Shown: positions 49,528 through 60,647, counted from the stretch's first letter. The stretch: 64,000 bases of DNA from Candidatus Kapaibacterium sp. (GCA_963664875.1 OY761611.1:2688001-2752000); one strand, 5' to 3'. The notes: generated by a model from the sequence alone, not told the origin. Translations and numbers: made by a program.

Positions 49528-50874
49528 ATGAAGCAGATCAAATTAAGTGCAGAAGAACAATTGCAGCGTCTTGTCTCTCAACTTAAAGCAGAAAAAGATG
49601 CTCTTTCTTCGAAAATTCAAAAGCAGGATCAGGAACTCTCCGAGCTTTTGATTTATTCGGAAATGGTAGTTGTCGAATCTACACTTGATATGAAAATTCT
49701 AAATTATTATGGCGATATAGAATATGTATTCGAAAATGTTGCCAAACAGGTCGAGCGCGGTGCTAATCTTACTATGCTGGTAGCAAAAGCTACTCAGGAG
49801 ACTAAAAGCAGAGCTGACGATTCTGATAAAGAAGACATCGTCGATGTGGTAACTAAGTTTGTGCAGAGTCCGAGAACCGAAAAGAAGATAGAAATATTGG
49901 GTGTCAAAGATGAGAGTGGAGAGCTGTTCCTGCTTGACTGGAAAATGAAAAAGACCGGTAAAATGTTGAAATCTTACTTTAAGATAACTCCTACCAATAA
50001 TATCATCAAGCAAACTACGGAAAAATTTGAAAGAGCCCTTGATGATAAAGACAAATTTTATGGTCAAGTGTTCGAATATTCGCATAGAGGTGTTACCATC
50101 CTTAATCCTGATGGTAAAATAATCTATATCAATACTGCAGCTAAGGATATGTTTGTCTCCAGCGACAATAAACTTATCAAAACTGAATCGCTTATAGGAA
50201 GAACCTTTTATGAGATATTTATAAATGATGATGCCGAAACAACTAAAGAAAGACAAGCTAAAAGCAATCAGGCTTATATCACCAAATCAAGCGTCTCGTT
50301 TATCATCCGCACACATGATGGCGAAATCAAGTATGAAATTCATCCCTTGCTCGACAGAAAACGTAATGTAGCTGCTCTATCTATTTTTACTACTCTGCTC
50401 AATAGCGGACAAAACAACGCTTTAGATTCTAAAAAACTTATGAGTACGCTAAAGACTTTATATGAAGAGAAATCTGTGCTGGCAGAAAGAATAAAAGAAT
50501 TGGAATATAACCACCAATGGCTTATGAAAAACAGTCGCGATGTGGACAATCAACGAAAAAAACTATATTTCTTTCTAAATAGTTTGCCAATTCCAATTTC
50601 TGTTGTTGATTTAAAAACAAAAAAATACGATTTTGTAAATAGAGAGTTTGAGCTAAAAATCAAAAAGAAAAGAGATGATATTATTGGATTCAGAGAGGTG
50701 CAGGTTTTCACTCAGATAGAAGCAGATTTTTTTGATAATTTGCTGCTGCAGGGTATTGAGTCCAAAGATGCAATACAATTTAGTGGTTTGGTGTTTGAAG
50801 GTGTGCAATCCACAATCAAAAGCCAGCAGGACACTCCACTTTATGCAATTAGAGTATTTACAAAAATTAAATAA
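49528..50874 (+). CDS. PAS-domain / coiled-coil protein without recognisable output domain
   Basis: PAS-like GVTILNPDGKIIYINTAA...LIGR and LPIPISVVD...FVNREF...IIG, separated by coiled coils. Confidence 0.7.
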   Translation: MKQIKLSAEEQLQRLVSQLKAEKDALSSKIQKQDQELSELLIYSEMVVVESTLDMKILNYYGDIEYVFENVAKQVERGANLTMLVAKATQETKSRADDSDKEDIVDVVTKFVQSPRTEKKIEILGVKDESGELFLLDWKMKKTGKMLKSYFKITPTNNIIKQTTEKFERALDDKDKFYGQVFEYSHRGVTILNPDGKIIYINTAAKDMFVSSDNKLIKTESLIGRTFYEIFINDDAETTKERQAKSNQAYITKSSVSFIIRTHDGEIKYEIHPLLDRKRNVAALSIFTTLLNSGQNNALDSKKLMSTLKTLYEEKSVLAERIKELEYNHQWLMKNSRDVDNQRKKLYFFLNSLPIPISVVDLKTKKYDFVNREFELKIKKKRDDIIGFREVQVFTQIEADFFDNLLLQGIESKDAIQFSGLVFEGVQSTIKSQQDTPLYAIRVFTKIK

Positions 50875-50886
50875 GGAACAAAACTA

Positions 50887-51396
50887 ATGGATAAACCCTT
50901 GGTCGGAATTATAATGGGCAGCGATTCTGATTTGCCTACAATGCAGCCTGCTGCTGAGATTTGTGAAGAGTTTGGCGTACCTTATGAAATCAGAGTTATT
51001 TCTGCACATAGAACACCTATGGACATGGCAGAATATGGAATGACTGCGCATAAAAGAGGTATAAAAGTTATCATAGCAGGAGCCGGCGGGGCTGCTCATC
51101 TTCCCGGCATGACGGCATCATTTACTCCATTACCGGTGATAGGTGTACCCGTCAAATCAAGTACATTAAGCGGCGTAGATTCGTTGCACTCAGTAGTCCA
51201 AATGCCTCCGGGAGTGCCTGTTGCGACAGTTGCAATCAGCGGTGGAAAAAATGCCGGTTTGCTGGCGATGCAAATACTTGGTGTTGCAGACAATGCCATC
51301 ATGGAAAAAATGATAAGCTATAAAGAAACAATGGCTGAAGAGTCGAGAGCAAAAAACGACAACCCTGCTTTTACACAAATACCTTTTAGAGATTAA
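50887..51396 (+). CDS. purE: N5-CAIR mutase PurE
   Basis: [39 protein letters not shown]. Confidence 0.97.
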   Translation: MDKPLVGIIMGSDSDLPTMQPAAEICEEFGVPYEIRVISAHRTPMDMAEYGMTAHKRGIKVIIAGAGGAAHLPGMTASFTPLPVIGVPVKSSTLSGVDSLHSVVQMPPGVPVATVAISGGKNAGLLAMQILGVADNAIMEKMISYKETMAEESRAKNDNPAFTQIPFRD

Positions 51397-51435
51397 AAAA
51401 GATAGTCTCATCCTATTTTTCAGTAATATGTAAAA

Positions 51436-51472
51436 AAACGGCGTATATAGATATTTTTCTTTACACGCCGTT
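51436..51472. terminator. Bidirectional terminator
   Basis: AAACGGCGT / ACGCCGTTT between convergent genes. Confidence 0.65.
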
Positions 51473-51497
51473 TACTTTTTTGACTTTTGTCTGATGT

Positions 51498-52250
51498 TTA
51501 TATTAGCTTCATTTTGATTTGTTCGCCGGTTTTTAGAGTTACATAGACTCCGACGAGGCCGAATTTGTGATTGGCTATATATTCAATCTCCTGAACAATC
51601 GGGTCGTCAGCTAAAGCTTTCTCTTTTACTCTTATAACTTTAATATCAAAAAATCCCCACGAAAAATCATCTGTGGTAGATTTATAGGTTACTTCGCGTG
51701 TGATAGTTTTACCGTCTTCTCTTGTGAATGAATACTTATCACCAACATTCGAATCATATTTCACTATGGTAAATGGTTTGGAAGTATTCCCGCCACTATG
51801 TCGAAAATCCTGAATACCTTCGCTTGTTACTTTGCCTTTAGCTTCAAAATCAACTTTGATATTGTGCGTATCAGATATATCGAGTTTGAAATTAAAAGGT
51901 TCAAAATATGAGGTAGCTAATGAAATTTTGTCATCTACCGGCAAATTTTGAAGACCGAAAATTGTATCGAGCACTTTAAGATCCTCGATATCAAAGGTCA
52001 TGTGGTATTCAGCAGTAATAATTCCATTTTCGTTTTTAGTAATCACCGCTTCGTTGTTTATTCTGCTTATTTTCCCGTTAGTAAGTTCGTCGTAATTAAA
52101 ACTTCCGATGTACTTTGTACCAACTTTAGTAATGTCAAGGTCAGTAGAACCTCCAATAACATTCGGGTCGTCCGAAGGGTCGTTTGAATTGTCGCATGCT
52201 ACCCACATAAAAGTAGATAATAAGAAAAGAAGTAAATACGTTTTTTTCAT
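51498..52250 (-). CDS. Hypothetical lipoprotein
   Basis: Lipobox WVAC; beta-rich body ending NHKFGLVG. Confidence 0.75.
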   Translation of the reverse strand: MKKTYLLLFLLSTFMWVACDNSNDPSDDPNVIGGSTDLDITKVGTKYIGSFNYDELTNGKISRINNEAVITKNENGIITAEYHMTFDIEDLKVLDTIFGLQNLPVDDKISLATSYFEPFNFKLDISDTHNIKVDFEAKGKVTSEGIQDFRHSGGNTSKPFTIVKYDSNVGDKYSFTREDGKTITREVTYKSTTDDFSWGFFDIKVIRVKEKALADDPIVQEIEYIANHKFGLVGVYVTLKTGEQIKMKLI

Positions 52251-52329
52251 AGTAAATCCCCTAAGTATATGATGTTAAATGCTAACATAGTAAAAAATAT
52301 GTTAATACTTAAAACGAATTTATAATAAA

Positions 52330-53286
52330 TCAGTCTTCTTCGACACATACTTCTTTGCTCAAAACAGCTCTAATTGTTTTAACGGATAATAAACTAACCA
52401 TTGTTACTAATAATATGAAAAATCCTGTTGCAATGTAGAAATAAAACTCCTTGTGTGTCAGATGGAACATTTGGACAGATGCCAAACTTATTGCAGCAAG
52501 AGGGAATGTATAAGCCCACCAGGATAGGAAGAATTTGATTTTAAAAAAGCGCGGCATCTGATAAAGCAAGAATATGGACAGAAACAGTGCAAAGAAATAC
52601 ATAATATTTGCAAAGGCATCTAAGCCATTGCCTAATTTTATATATGAAATAAGTCCTATAGCCGGAGGTGCTATCATTATAAAAAATGTTGGCAACAGCT
52701 TTTGCGGAAGAGGGTTATGAAATATTATTCTATACATAAATACTGTCAAAAGGACAATCCAAAAGACAAAGCCAATAGAATAAAAGAACCATGACACTTC
52801 CAGAGGGGCATGCGAAGTTCCGGCTACCGGTACGATGATATTACCGACTATAGGAATAAACCAGGAAGGATTGATATGCTTGAGCTCAAAGTGCTCATGA
52901 TAAATCCAAACAGATAAAATTTTCATAGTAAATAGAAAATGCAGCATTGTGCCTATTAGCCAAGAGTAAAACGAAATTTCTTTACTATGCGGCAGAAGGA
53001 AAACTGAAAACAGAAGCAAACTAATCGAAATTGTAGGGAAAAAGTTGATTTTGATTGGATGATAAAAATCCTTAATAACTTCGCTTCTATAAGTGAAAAA
53101 CTTAACTGCAAAAATGCTTAAAAGCATCGTAAATAGTGCGACCGTAATGAAAAACATTATCCATTGAAAATGCTGCCCCAAAATACTCGATAGTTTTTGA
53201 GATACGATAGACAAACCGGACATGCCTAAAATAATTGCAAAGAATGAAACCGGAAAGTTTTTGATGCGTAACATCTTTTCCATCAA
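52330..53286 (-). CDS. SLAC1/TehA family anion channel
   Basis: FAIILGMSGL, HPIKINFFPTISIS, PSWFIPIVG, IAPPA, SWWAYTFP. Confidence 0.92.
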   Translation of the reverse strand: MMEKMLRIKNFPVSFFAIILGMSGLSIVSQKLSSILGQHFQWIMFFITVALFTMLLSIFAVKFFTYRSEVIKDFYHPIKINFFPTISISLLLFSVFLLPHSKEISFYSWLIGTMLHFLFTMKILSVWIYHEHFELKHINPSWFIPIVGNIIVPVAGTSHAPLEVSWFFYSIGFVFWIVLLTVFMYRIIFHNPLPQKLLPTFFIMIAPPAIGLISYIKLGNGLDAFANIMYFFALFLSIFLLYQMPRFFKIKFFLSWWAYTFPLAAISLASVQMFHLTHKEFYFYIATGFFILLVTMVSLLSVKTIRAVLSKEVCVEED

Positions 53287-53455
53287 TTTTAACCTTTTAA
53301 AATATTGCCAAGAAGTAATATAGACTAAAATAGTCTTATTTGATTGTTGCTACAAATAAATGTTTTTCAGCATACATAAAGCAACGTATGTGGAAAAACT
53401 TAAGTTTGGATTTATTACATTTGTAGTCTGATAAAATAAGTTTTGGAGAATCGAA

Positions 53456-55684
53456 ATGATTGACATTAATAAGATACTTACGGAAGAGTTAGGTCTTCAG
53501 TCGTGGCAGGTCGAGAATGCTTTGGCTCTAAAAAATGAAGGAGCTACTCTACCTTTTATTGCCAGATACCGTAAAGAACGTACAGGCGAATTAGACGAAA
53601 ATGTACTCAGGGATATGTTCGACAGATTCGAGTATCTTACGGAGCTCGAAGAAAGAAAAAAGACTATTTTGGACTCTATCGAAGAGCAGGGTAAGCTCAC
53701 AGATGAGCTAAAAGAAAAAATTGTAAAGTGCCTGAAAAAAACAGAATTGGAAGATTTATATCTACCATATAAACCTAAGAAACGAACAAAAGCAACTATA
53801 GCAAAAGAAAAAGATTTGGAACCTCTTGCTATTTTTGTGAAAGATAACAACAAACAGGGCTTGCCGCCGGTTGATTTGGAAGCGGAGGCTGCCAAGTACA
53901 TTTCATCTGAAAAAGAAGTTGCCGACATAAAAGAAGCTCTCAAGGGAGCTGCAGATATTATAGCCGAAGAAATAGCAGAAACTGCTGAGTACAGGCAATG
54001 GATAAGAGAGTTCTTTCTCAAAGAAGGTGTCTTTACATCAAAAATAAAAGATGAATTCGAGGAAGGAAGCACAAAATATGAAATGTATCGAGATTTTGAA
54101 GTTCCCGTAAGAGATATTGCTTCCCACACTATGTTAGCTCTTCGTAGAGGGGAGACAGAGGGAATTTTAGTGCTTGATTTGAAATACGACGAAGACCGTG
54201 TCTTAGATTTTCTCGCATCTCAGGTAATAGAATCTCTTCATGAAAACATATATGATTTTTATAATGCTGCTATCAAAGATGGTTTCATCAGACTTATGAA
54301 ACACTCTATCATTGGTGAAGTCAGACTTGATAAAAAAGTTTATTCAGACGAAGAATCAATAAAAGTTTTTGAAGCAAATCTCAGACAAATGCTCCTTGCC
54401 GCTCCTGCAGGTTTGAAACCTACTATCGGACTCGATCCGGGGTTCCGCACAGGTTGCAAAATGGTAGTTGTTGATGCAACAGGAAAATATATCCAATATG
54501 ATCAGATTTTCCCTCACAACTCTGCAAATGAAAGAGCAAGAGCAGCAGATACATTATTAGATGCTATAAAAAAACATAACATTGAGTTGGTTGCTATCGG
54601 TAACGGCACCGCAGGAAGAGAAACAGATCAGTTTGTTCAGGAAACTCTAAAAGATACCAGCTTTACATTGGTAAAAGTTATGGTAAATGAAGCAGGAGCT
54701 TCTGTTTATTCGGCAAGCAAAGTTGCGAACGAAGAGTTCCCGGATTTAGATTTGACTGTGAGAGGGGCTATAAGTATCGCCCGTAGATTGCAGGATCCTC
54801 TCGCCGAGCTTGTAAAAATTGACCCAAAATCTATTGGAGTGGGGCAGTACCAGCATGACGTGGATCAGAGGAACCTAAAGAAAAAACTGGAAGAAACAGT
54901 AGAAAGCTGTGTGAACTACGTTGGTGTTGACTTAAATACCGCCTCTAAAGAGCTTTTGACTTATGTCTCAGGCATTACAGCGACAGTAGCAAAAAGCATT
55001 GTAGAGTACAGAAATGTAAACGGTATGTTTAGTAGTAGGAAGGATTTGTTGAGCGTACCTCGTTTTGGAAAAAAAGCATTTGAGCAGGCTGCAGGTTTCC
55101 TTCGTATCAGAGAAGGAAAAGACATCCTGGACAATACTGCAGTGCATCCGGAAAGCTATCACATAGTAGAGCAATTTGCCAAAGACTTAAATGTGAACTT
55201 AACTGAAATCACAAAAGTTTCTGATAAGCTACAAACGCTCGATCTAAAAAAATATATCACAGACACAATTGGCGAACCTACTTTACGAGATATAATTGCT
55301 GAACTCGAAAAGCCGGGCAGAGATCCGCGAGAAGAGTTTAAATATGCCAAATTCGCTGAAGGAATCAACGAAATTAAAGATTTAAGACAAGGTATGGAAC
55401 TCGAAGGAGTGGTAACTAATATTACCAATTTTGGTGCGTTTATCGATATTGGAGTGCATCAGGACGGCCTTGTTCACGTATCAGAAATGGCAAACTTCTT
55501 TGTAAAGGATCCGACAAAGGTTGTTAAAGTTGGCCAAATCGTAAAAGTAAAAGTTATAGAAGTAAACGAAAAACTGAAAAGAATTAACCTATCTATGAAG
55601 CAGGTAGGTGGCAACAATATCAAAAAGCCGGAAGTAAAAAAACAGTTTAACGTCAACGACCTAAAATCAAGATTTAGCTCATAG
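53456..55684 (+). CDS. tex: Tex family RNA-binding transcriptional accessory protein
   Basis: PFIARYRKE.TG, LEDLYLPYKPK, GLDPGFRTGCK, IGVGQYQHDV, C-terminal S1 domain. Confidence 0.96.
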   Translation: MIDINKILTEELGLQSWQVENALALKNEGATLPFIARYRKERTGELDENVLRDMFDRFEYLTELEERKKTILDSIEEQGKLTDELKEKIVKCLKKTELEDLYLPYKPKKRTKATIAKEKDLEPLAIFVKDNNKQGLPPVDLEAEAAKYISSEKEVADIKEALKGAADIIAEEIAETAEYRQWIREFFLKEGVFTSKIKDEFEEGSTKYEMYRDFEVPVRDIASHTMLALRRGETEGILVLDLKYDEDRVLDFLASQVIESLHENIYDFYNAAIKDGFIRLMKHSIIGEVRLDKKVYSDEESIKVFEANLRQMLLAAPAGLKPTIGLDPGFRTGCKMVVVDATGKYIQYDQIFPHNSANERARAADTLLDAIKKHNIELVAIGNGTAGRETDQFVQETLKDTSFTLVKVMVNEAGASVYSASKVANEEFPDLDLTVRGAISIARRLQDPLAELVKIDPKSIGVGQYQHDVDQRNLKKKLEETVESCVNYVGVDLNTASKELLTYVSGITATVAKSIVEYRNVNGMFSSRKDLLSVPRFGKKAFEQAAGFLRIREGKDILDNTAVHPESYHIVEQFAKDLNVNLTEITKVSDKLQTLDLKKYITDTIGEPTLRDIIAELEKPGRDPREEFKYAKFAEGINEIKDLRQGMELEGVVTNITNFGAFIDIGVHQDGLVHVSEMANFFVKDPTKVVKVGQIVKVKVIEVNEKLKRINLSMKQVGGNNIKKPEVKKQFNVNDLKSRFSS

Positions 55685-55791
55685 TGAGACTTTTTTATGA
55701 TTTGTGTGTCTTTTATTATGTGCGACGATAATTTGGTGTGGCGAGAGCTACGGCAATCACCACACTATTTTAAATATATAGGGAAAATAAT

Positions 55792-56455
55792 ATGAGTGAT
55801 TATGTTTATAAACTGCAAATCAATCTGATTGGATTGGAAGATGTGGTTTGGAGAATAATCGAAGTTCCTGTCTCTATATCTCTTGATCGTTTGCATGATG
55901 TCATTCGAATAGCAATGGGATGGTCTGATTCGCATATACATCTTTTTAAACATGGGAAAAAATAATTATGCGGATGCCGGTTTGATTTCGAAACTCATGG
56001 GAGATGAGCATTTAGATATTTTGGAAGAAGGAGCATGTCGATTGAATTCCATTCTGAAAAGAAAAAACGACTCCCTCCTTTACATCTATGATTTTGAAGA
56101 TACATGGGCTCACGAAGTAAAGCTTTTGGGAAAACGTAAAGAAAAAATAGAAGACGATGATGATTATGAAGATGAATATATCCCTTGTTTCGAGGATTTG
56201 ATTTTTCATCCGATTTGTATCGACAGAGCAGGAAGTACTCCTTTCGAGGGGGTAGGCGGAGTGGACGGATACATTGATTTTTGTGAAACGATGAAAGATC
56301 TAAAGCACGAATACTACCCAAATGCACTTGCCTGGTATCACGATATAACAGGTCTCGAGGAGTTTAGTCTTTGACCTTTTGATATTGATTTTGTTAACTT
56401 CCAACTTGATAATTATCTGCGTTGGTCAAAAGACAGATTGCTTGACTGGATTTAG
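55792..56455 (+). pseudogene. Disrupted pRiA4b ORF-3 family gene
   Basis: 55792 MSDYVYKLQINL...VWRIIEVP...LHDVIRIAMGWSDSHIHLF stops at 55965 after an A6 run; next frame carries YIYDFEDTW.H and P.EGVGG..GY; in-frame TGA at 56372-56374 is followed by PFDIDFVN...YLRWSKDR to TAG at 56455. Confidence 0.8.
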
Positions 56456-56527
56456 TCTCTTTTGCCAAAACTCTGATTATCCATATATTTGGGCTTAGAA
56501 TATTTAAAATACAACATGCAGGAAAAC

Positions 56528-57817
56528 ATGAAGATAATACTTACAATTTTATTGTTGCTTAGCATTAGTTTCAATGCTTTCGCCGAAAAACCTGAGCAGA
56601 TTTACAAAAAGGCAGTTGCCCAATATAGCAAAGGGGACTTTGAAGAAGCTGTCAAAACTTTTGACGAGCTTTTAAAAAAAGTGCAGGATTATGCATCTTA
56701 TTACTATCGAGGCATGAGCTATCTTGCGATCGGCGAATACGACAAAGCTCAAAATGATTTTACTATGTCTATAGCCCTCAAATCAGACAATGCAGATGCC
56801 TACAACGGCAGAGCTCTTGCTTTTGGTTATTTGGATAATGTCGGTGCTTCTATGCTCGATTTCAACAAAGCAATCCAATTGGATCCGAAATTTGCTGAAG
56901 CGTACGCAAATCGAGCTACTGCTTACATTGCTCAAAAAAAATTCGACCTTGCAGAAAAGGACTTAAGAAAAACTCTTAATCTCAGAGGCGATCATAAGCC
57001 TGCTCAGCTCAATCTTGCGAGATTGATTTATAGCAAAGGACAATTTGAAAATGCAATCAAAGAATTTGACAAATGCGTCAAAATTGGCTTAGATCTCCCT
57101 GAAGTATATCTGAAAAGGGGCAAAAGCTTTTATGCTCTCAAAAAATTTCAGAAAGCCGCAGAAGATTTTACAAAAGCTATTAAGTTGGAACCACGCGATC
57201 CTCAGCTGTATATCGCTCGTGCTAATACTTATGAAAAATTAGGCAAAAAAGATCTTGCAGAAAAGGACAGAAAAGATGCCGCCACAGCAGCTGAAGCAGA
57301 CTATCAGCCTATGGACGATATTCGTTTTGATAAATATATCACTCCTGACAAAGTCTTTACGCTACAACTTCCCGAAAAATGGCACTTTGACCAGATTCAA
57401 CGAGATGATGATGTTACAGAATATATATATACTAAGTTCCCAAAAGGTTCTAATAATATAAATGATGTTATGGTTTCTGCAGCGATAGTCAGAGATATGG
57501 CTAAGAAGTATGATGTGAAGGGCTCTTTTGGCATTATTGAGTTTTGGGATGGTAGTATTGGGAAAAACGTAATGTCTTATGCTCATCATGTTACTAACCA
57601 GCAAGTACAAAAAAGCCGCAATGGTTTACCTACAAGATTATATAAATCTACTCTGCAATACACCGAAAATTCTATACCTATGGTTGTTTACGAATATGCA
57701 ACTGCCACAGATAATGACTTGGCTTATCTTGTAATGAGATGCCCTGCTGACCAGTTTGGTTACTACGAAAAAATCTTTGATCAAGTAATAGAAACCTTAA
57801 GCATTAAGTGGAAGTAA
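56528..57817 (+). CDS. Exported TPR-repeat protein with a C-terminal globular domain
   Basis: Signal peptide ending AFA; several TPRs (AY.NR..AY, A..DF..AI.L.P); C-terminal domain reminiscent of PsbP/DcrB-like folds. Confidence 0.85.
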   Translation: MKIILTILLLLSISFNAFAEKPEQIYKKAVAQYSKGDFEEAVKTFDELLKKVQDYASYYYRGMSYLAIGEYDKAQNDFTMSIALKSDNADAYNGRALAFGYLDNVGASMLDFNKAIQLDPKFAEAYANRATAYIAQKKFDLAEKDLRKTLNLRGDHKPAQLNLARLIYSKGQFENAIKEFDKCVKIGLDLPEVYLKRGKSFYALKKFQKAAEDFTKAIKLEPRDPQLYIARANTYEKLGKKDLAEKDRKDAATAAEADYQPMDDIRFDKYITPDKVFTLQLPEKWHFDQIQRDDDVTEYIYTKFPKGSNNINDVMVSAAIVRDMAKKYDVKGSFGIIEFWDGSIGKNVMSYAHHVTNQQVQKSRNGLPTRLYKSTLQYTENSIPMVVYEYATATDNDLAYLVMRCPADQFGYYEKIFDQVIETLSIKWK

Positions 57818-57876
57818 ATCTCAGAGATTAGACAAATTTTAAAACCATTAATATAAGACTTGCACAAACAATTTGA

Positions 57877-57906
57877 CAAAAGACGCGTTTTATGATGCGT
57901 CTTTTG
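57877..57906 (+). terminator. Intrinsic terminator
   Basis: CAAAAGACGCGT / ATGCGTCTTTTG. Confidence 0.65.
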
Positions 57907-58062
57907 CTGTATTTGAGCTGATAATTGATACTTAAAACCTATAATTTCCGTTACTTACTTTTATAGGAATATATATCGAACTTCTTTATATCCTAAATCA
58001 TTCTTACTCTCTATCCCCTAATCATCGTTCCCGGAAGGAATATTGTGGTTCAAAAACTAAAC

Positions 58063-58096
58063 AAAAAAAGCCCCTGAACTTGTCAGAGGCTTTTTT
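58063..58096 (-). terminator. Terminator after yidC
   Basis: A-tract GCC.CTGA / TCAG.GGC T-tract. Confidence 0.7.
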
Positions 58097-58121
58097 ATAA
58101 TAGAGTCAAAAATGAGATGTC

Positions 58122-59978
58122 TTATTTTTTCTTTTTACGCAAGTATTTGGTTTTTTGTCCACCCTTAGGAGTAGGCATTCCTGTTTGTCTTTGGAGTTGA
58201 CCTGATTTTTGCATTTCCTGCAACTCTTGGGCTTCTCTCATTTTTTTGGCAAACCAACCTTCTTTTTTAGGTGCTTTTTTCAAGTCTTCCAATGTAACGC
58301 GTTTTTTGGAGTATTTATTCATCCAAGTTTGCTGAGCGATACTAAGCAAGTTAAACATGAAATAGTACAGGTTCAAACCCGCAGGCAAGTGCGAAAACAT
58401 AATAGTAAACATGATTGGCATCATATATACCATGCTTTTTTGTCTCGGATCTGTCACTGTTATTTTTTGTTGCACGAACATCGTAACACCCATTGCAAGA
58501 GCTAAACCTGATACAATCGGCATGAAAGGTAGTCCGATATAGAATAATTTATCAGGCACAGACAAGTCAGTAATCCACCAAATAAAATCGGTTTGACGCA
58601 AATCTATCTGGCTTCTCAGCAATTGCCACAATGCGAATAAGATAGGCATTTGAAGCAACATAGGCAAACAACCACCGGCAGGATTAGCTCCGTATTCGGA
58701 GTATAGCTTCATTATCTCCTGTTGCTGTTTTGTGTTGTCGTCTGCGTATTTTTCTCTTACTTTGTTTATCTCAGGTGCGAGTACCTGCATTTTCTGCACA
58801 GATTGCATCTGCTTGATAGAAAGCGGGTAGAGCAGGAGTTTGATAAAGATAGAGAATATTATCAAAGCTATACCATAGTTCGGTATGAAGCCGTGAATCA
58901 TATTCAGCAAAGGCAACATTAAGTATTCGCCAATCTGGCGGATACCAAATCTAAAACCAAAGCTCATAATGTCAGTCAGGCCATATTCTTTCAATCTGTC
59001 GTATTCTAATGGGCCTATATAAACTTTAAAATTATTACTTTGGCTTCCACCGTCGTATGGCAAACGAATAGCAAGATTATATTTTTCTACTAAACCGTCA
59101 TTTTTTACTTTTTTAACACTGCCATCAACATCTATTGTGCCGTCAAACTTTTGCCAAGGTTGAGGTATGATAGCCATACCGAAATATTTAGTCTTGATTG
59201 CTGCGTAGTCGATGATGCCGGCAGGGGAGATTGGGTCATTTTCGGCTTCAAATTCTTCAATTTCGCCGCCCATACTTATCACAGCCATTGCATCAGTAGA
59301 TTCGTCTGCTGAGTTCTTTTCCTGATATTTAATACCGTCTGACCATACTAGGTCATAGCCGCGGTTGGTGATAGCATCTGACATATTTGATACCTGCACT
59401 CCCGCATCAATCGCATAGTCGTTACCGACAAATTTGATTGTTTTGACGATGCTTTTGCCCGGCTCTGTTTCCAGCTTAGCCTTTAGGCTTAATTCAGATT
59501 TGCCGGAGATTTTGTAGTAATCTTTTTCTGTATTGTCGAACTGGAAATATAAATCGCGAGTGTCTATCTTTTTGTTGTCAGTTGTTCTGAAAGTAAGATA
59601 AAGCTCACCCTTTTTATCATTGATAAGCTGAGAAGGAACCTGATCCCACTTTTTGTAATTTTTAAGTGTCCATTTTTTTATCGCGCCGCCTTTTGAAGAA
59701 ACTTTTGCGATATACAAATCAGTTTCTACTGTGATGATTTTTTCGGCACCGGTAGAGAATTGAGAAAAATACTGTCCGTATTTTAGAGCTATGCTTGATG
59801 AGTCATTGTTGCTGTGCTGAATCTGCTCCGATTGAGTGGTGCTTTCGGCTACAACAGCCGAAACGGAATCTTTGGCAAGCCCTGCAGGAGTGGCAGGCTG
59901 GTTCATGCTTTGCCAGTAAGCCCAAACCATAACAACGACGGCTATCATAGCCATACCGAGTAGAGATCTTTTATCCAT
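58122..59978 (-). CDS. yidC: Membrane protein insertase YidC
   Basis: Periplasmic domain, Y.GP, NYGIALI, GGCLPMLLQMPI, WITDLS.PD, PAGLNLY. Confidence 0.97.
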   Translation of the reverse strand: MDKRSLLGMAMIAVVVMVWAYWQSMNQPATPAGLAKDSVSAVVAESTTQSEQIQHSNNDSSSIALKYGQYFSQFSTGAEKIITVETDLYIAKVSSKGGAIKKWTLKNYKKWDQVPSQLINDKKGELYLTFRTTDNKKIDTRDLYFQFDNTEKDYYKISGKSELSLKAKLETEPGKSIVKTIKFVGNDYAIDAGVQVSNMSDAITNRGYDLVWSDGIKYQEKNSADESTDAMAVISMGGEIEEFEAENDPISPAGIIDYAAIKTKYFGMAIIPQPWQKFDGTIDVDGSVKKVKNDGLVEKYNLAIRLPYDGGSQSNNFKVYIGPLEYDRLKEYGLTDIMSFGFRFGIRQIGEYLMLPLLNMIHGFIPNYGIALIIFSIFIKLLLYPLSIKQMQSVQKMQVLAPEINKVREKYADDNTKQQQEIMKLYSEYGANPAGGCLPMLLQMPILFALWQLLRSQIDLRQTDFIWWITDLSVPDKLFYIGLPFMPIVSGLALAMGVTMFVQQKITVTDPRQKSMVYMMPIMFTIMFSHLPAGLNLYYFMFNLLSIAQQTWMNKYSKKRVTLEDLKKAPKKEGWFAKKMREAQELQEMQKSGQLQRQTGMPTPKGGQKTKYLRKKKK

Positions 59979-59992
59979 ATTAATCAGTCGTT

Positions 59993-60244
59993 TTATTTAT
60001 TTGACACATCTTTTTTTTGAAGAAAGTAAAACTTGTCGGGTACATTGTCCACTCCTCCACGATTGAAAGGATTGCACCTCAAAATCCGGTAAGTAGTCAG
60101 CCACATGCCTTTGAAAAAACCATGCTTTTCGAAGGCGTCTATCGAATAAGAAGAACATGTAGGATAAAACCTGCAGGAATTTGGTAAGTAAGGAGATAAA
60201 AACTTTTTATATGCTTTTATCAGCATTATCATCAGTTGTTTCAT
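59993..60244 (-). CDS. yidD: Membrane protein insertion efficiency factor YidD
   Basis: [22 protein letters not shown]; ATG at 60244. Confidence 0.95.
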   Translation of the reverse strand: MKQLMIMLIKAYKKFLSPYLPNSCRFYPTCSSYSIDAFEKHGFFKGMWLTTYRILRCNPFNRGGVDNVPDKFYFLQKKDVSNK

Positions 60245-60647
60245 TGCCGGCAGCCTTTTTACGATTGTAAATAGATTCAGCACTTTGAATTATTTTTATC
60301 ACATGGGGCATCACATCTGCAAGCCTTATTTTTGATGGCATATCAGGTGCCTGCCTCCACGAAATAATCATTTGGTCAATTGGTATAATTGTACCTCGTT
60401 GATTCAACTGTTTTATTGCTAACCTTACCGATTCTCTGAGCAGTCGTTTTATTCTGTTGCGTATTACCGCTTTTTTTGCTAACCTTTTGCTGATTGTAAC
60501 TCCAAGATGTACATTGCCGTCGTAATCCGCCGAAAAATCAAAACAAATAACGGAAGCAGCGGAGCCGCTGTATAGTTTTTTTCCCGATTGGAAGACTTTG
60601 TCAAATACCTTATACCCTTTGAGTGGGCAAACATTGTTGTTTTTCAT
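60207..60647 (-). CDS. rnpA: RNase P protein component
   Basis: [22 protein letters not shown] (RNR motif); ATG at 60647. Confidence 0.92.
   Translation of the reverse strand: MKNNNVCPLKGYKVFDKVFQSGKKLYSGSAASVICFDFSADYDGNVHLGVTISKRLAKKAVIRNRIKRLLRESVRLAIKQLNQRGTIIPIDQMIISWRQAPDMPSKIRLADVMPHVIKIIQSAESIYNRKKAAGNETTDDNADKSI

Noticed and set aside
56372-56374. TGA recoding (selenocysteine or alternative genetic code)
   Set aside because: TGA is a normal stop elsewhere in the window (e.g. 25669, 26998, 37683), and the same gene also has a frameshift.
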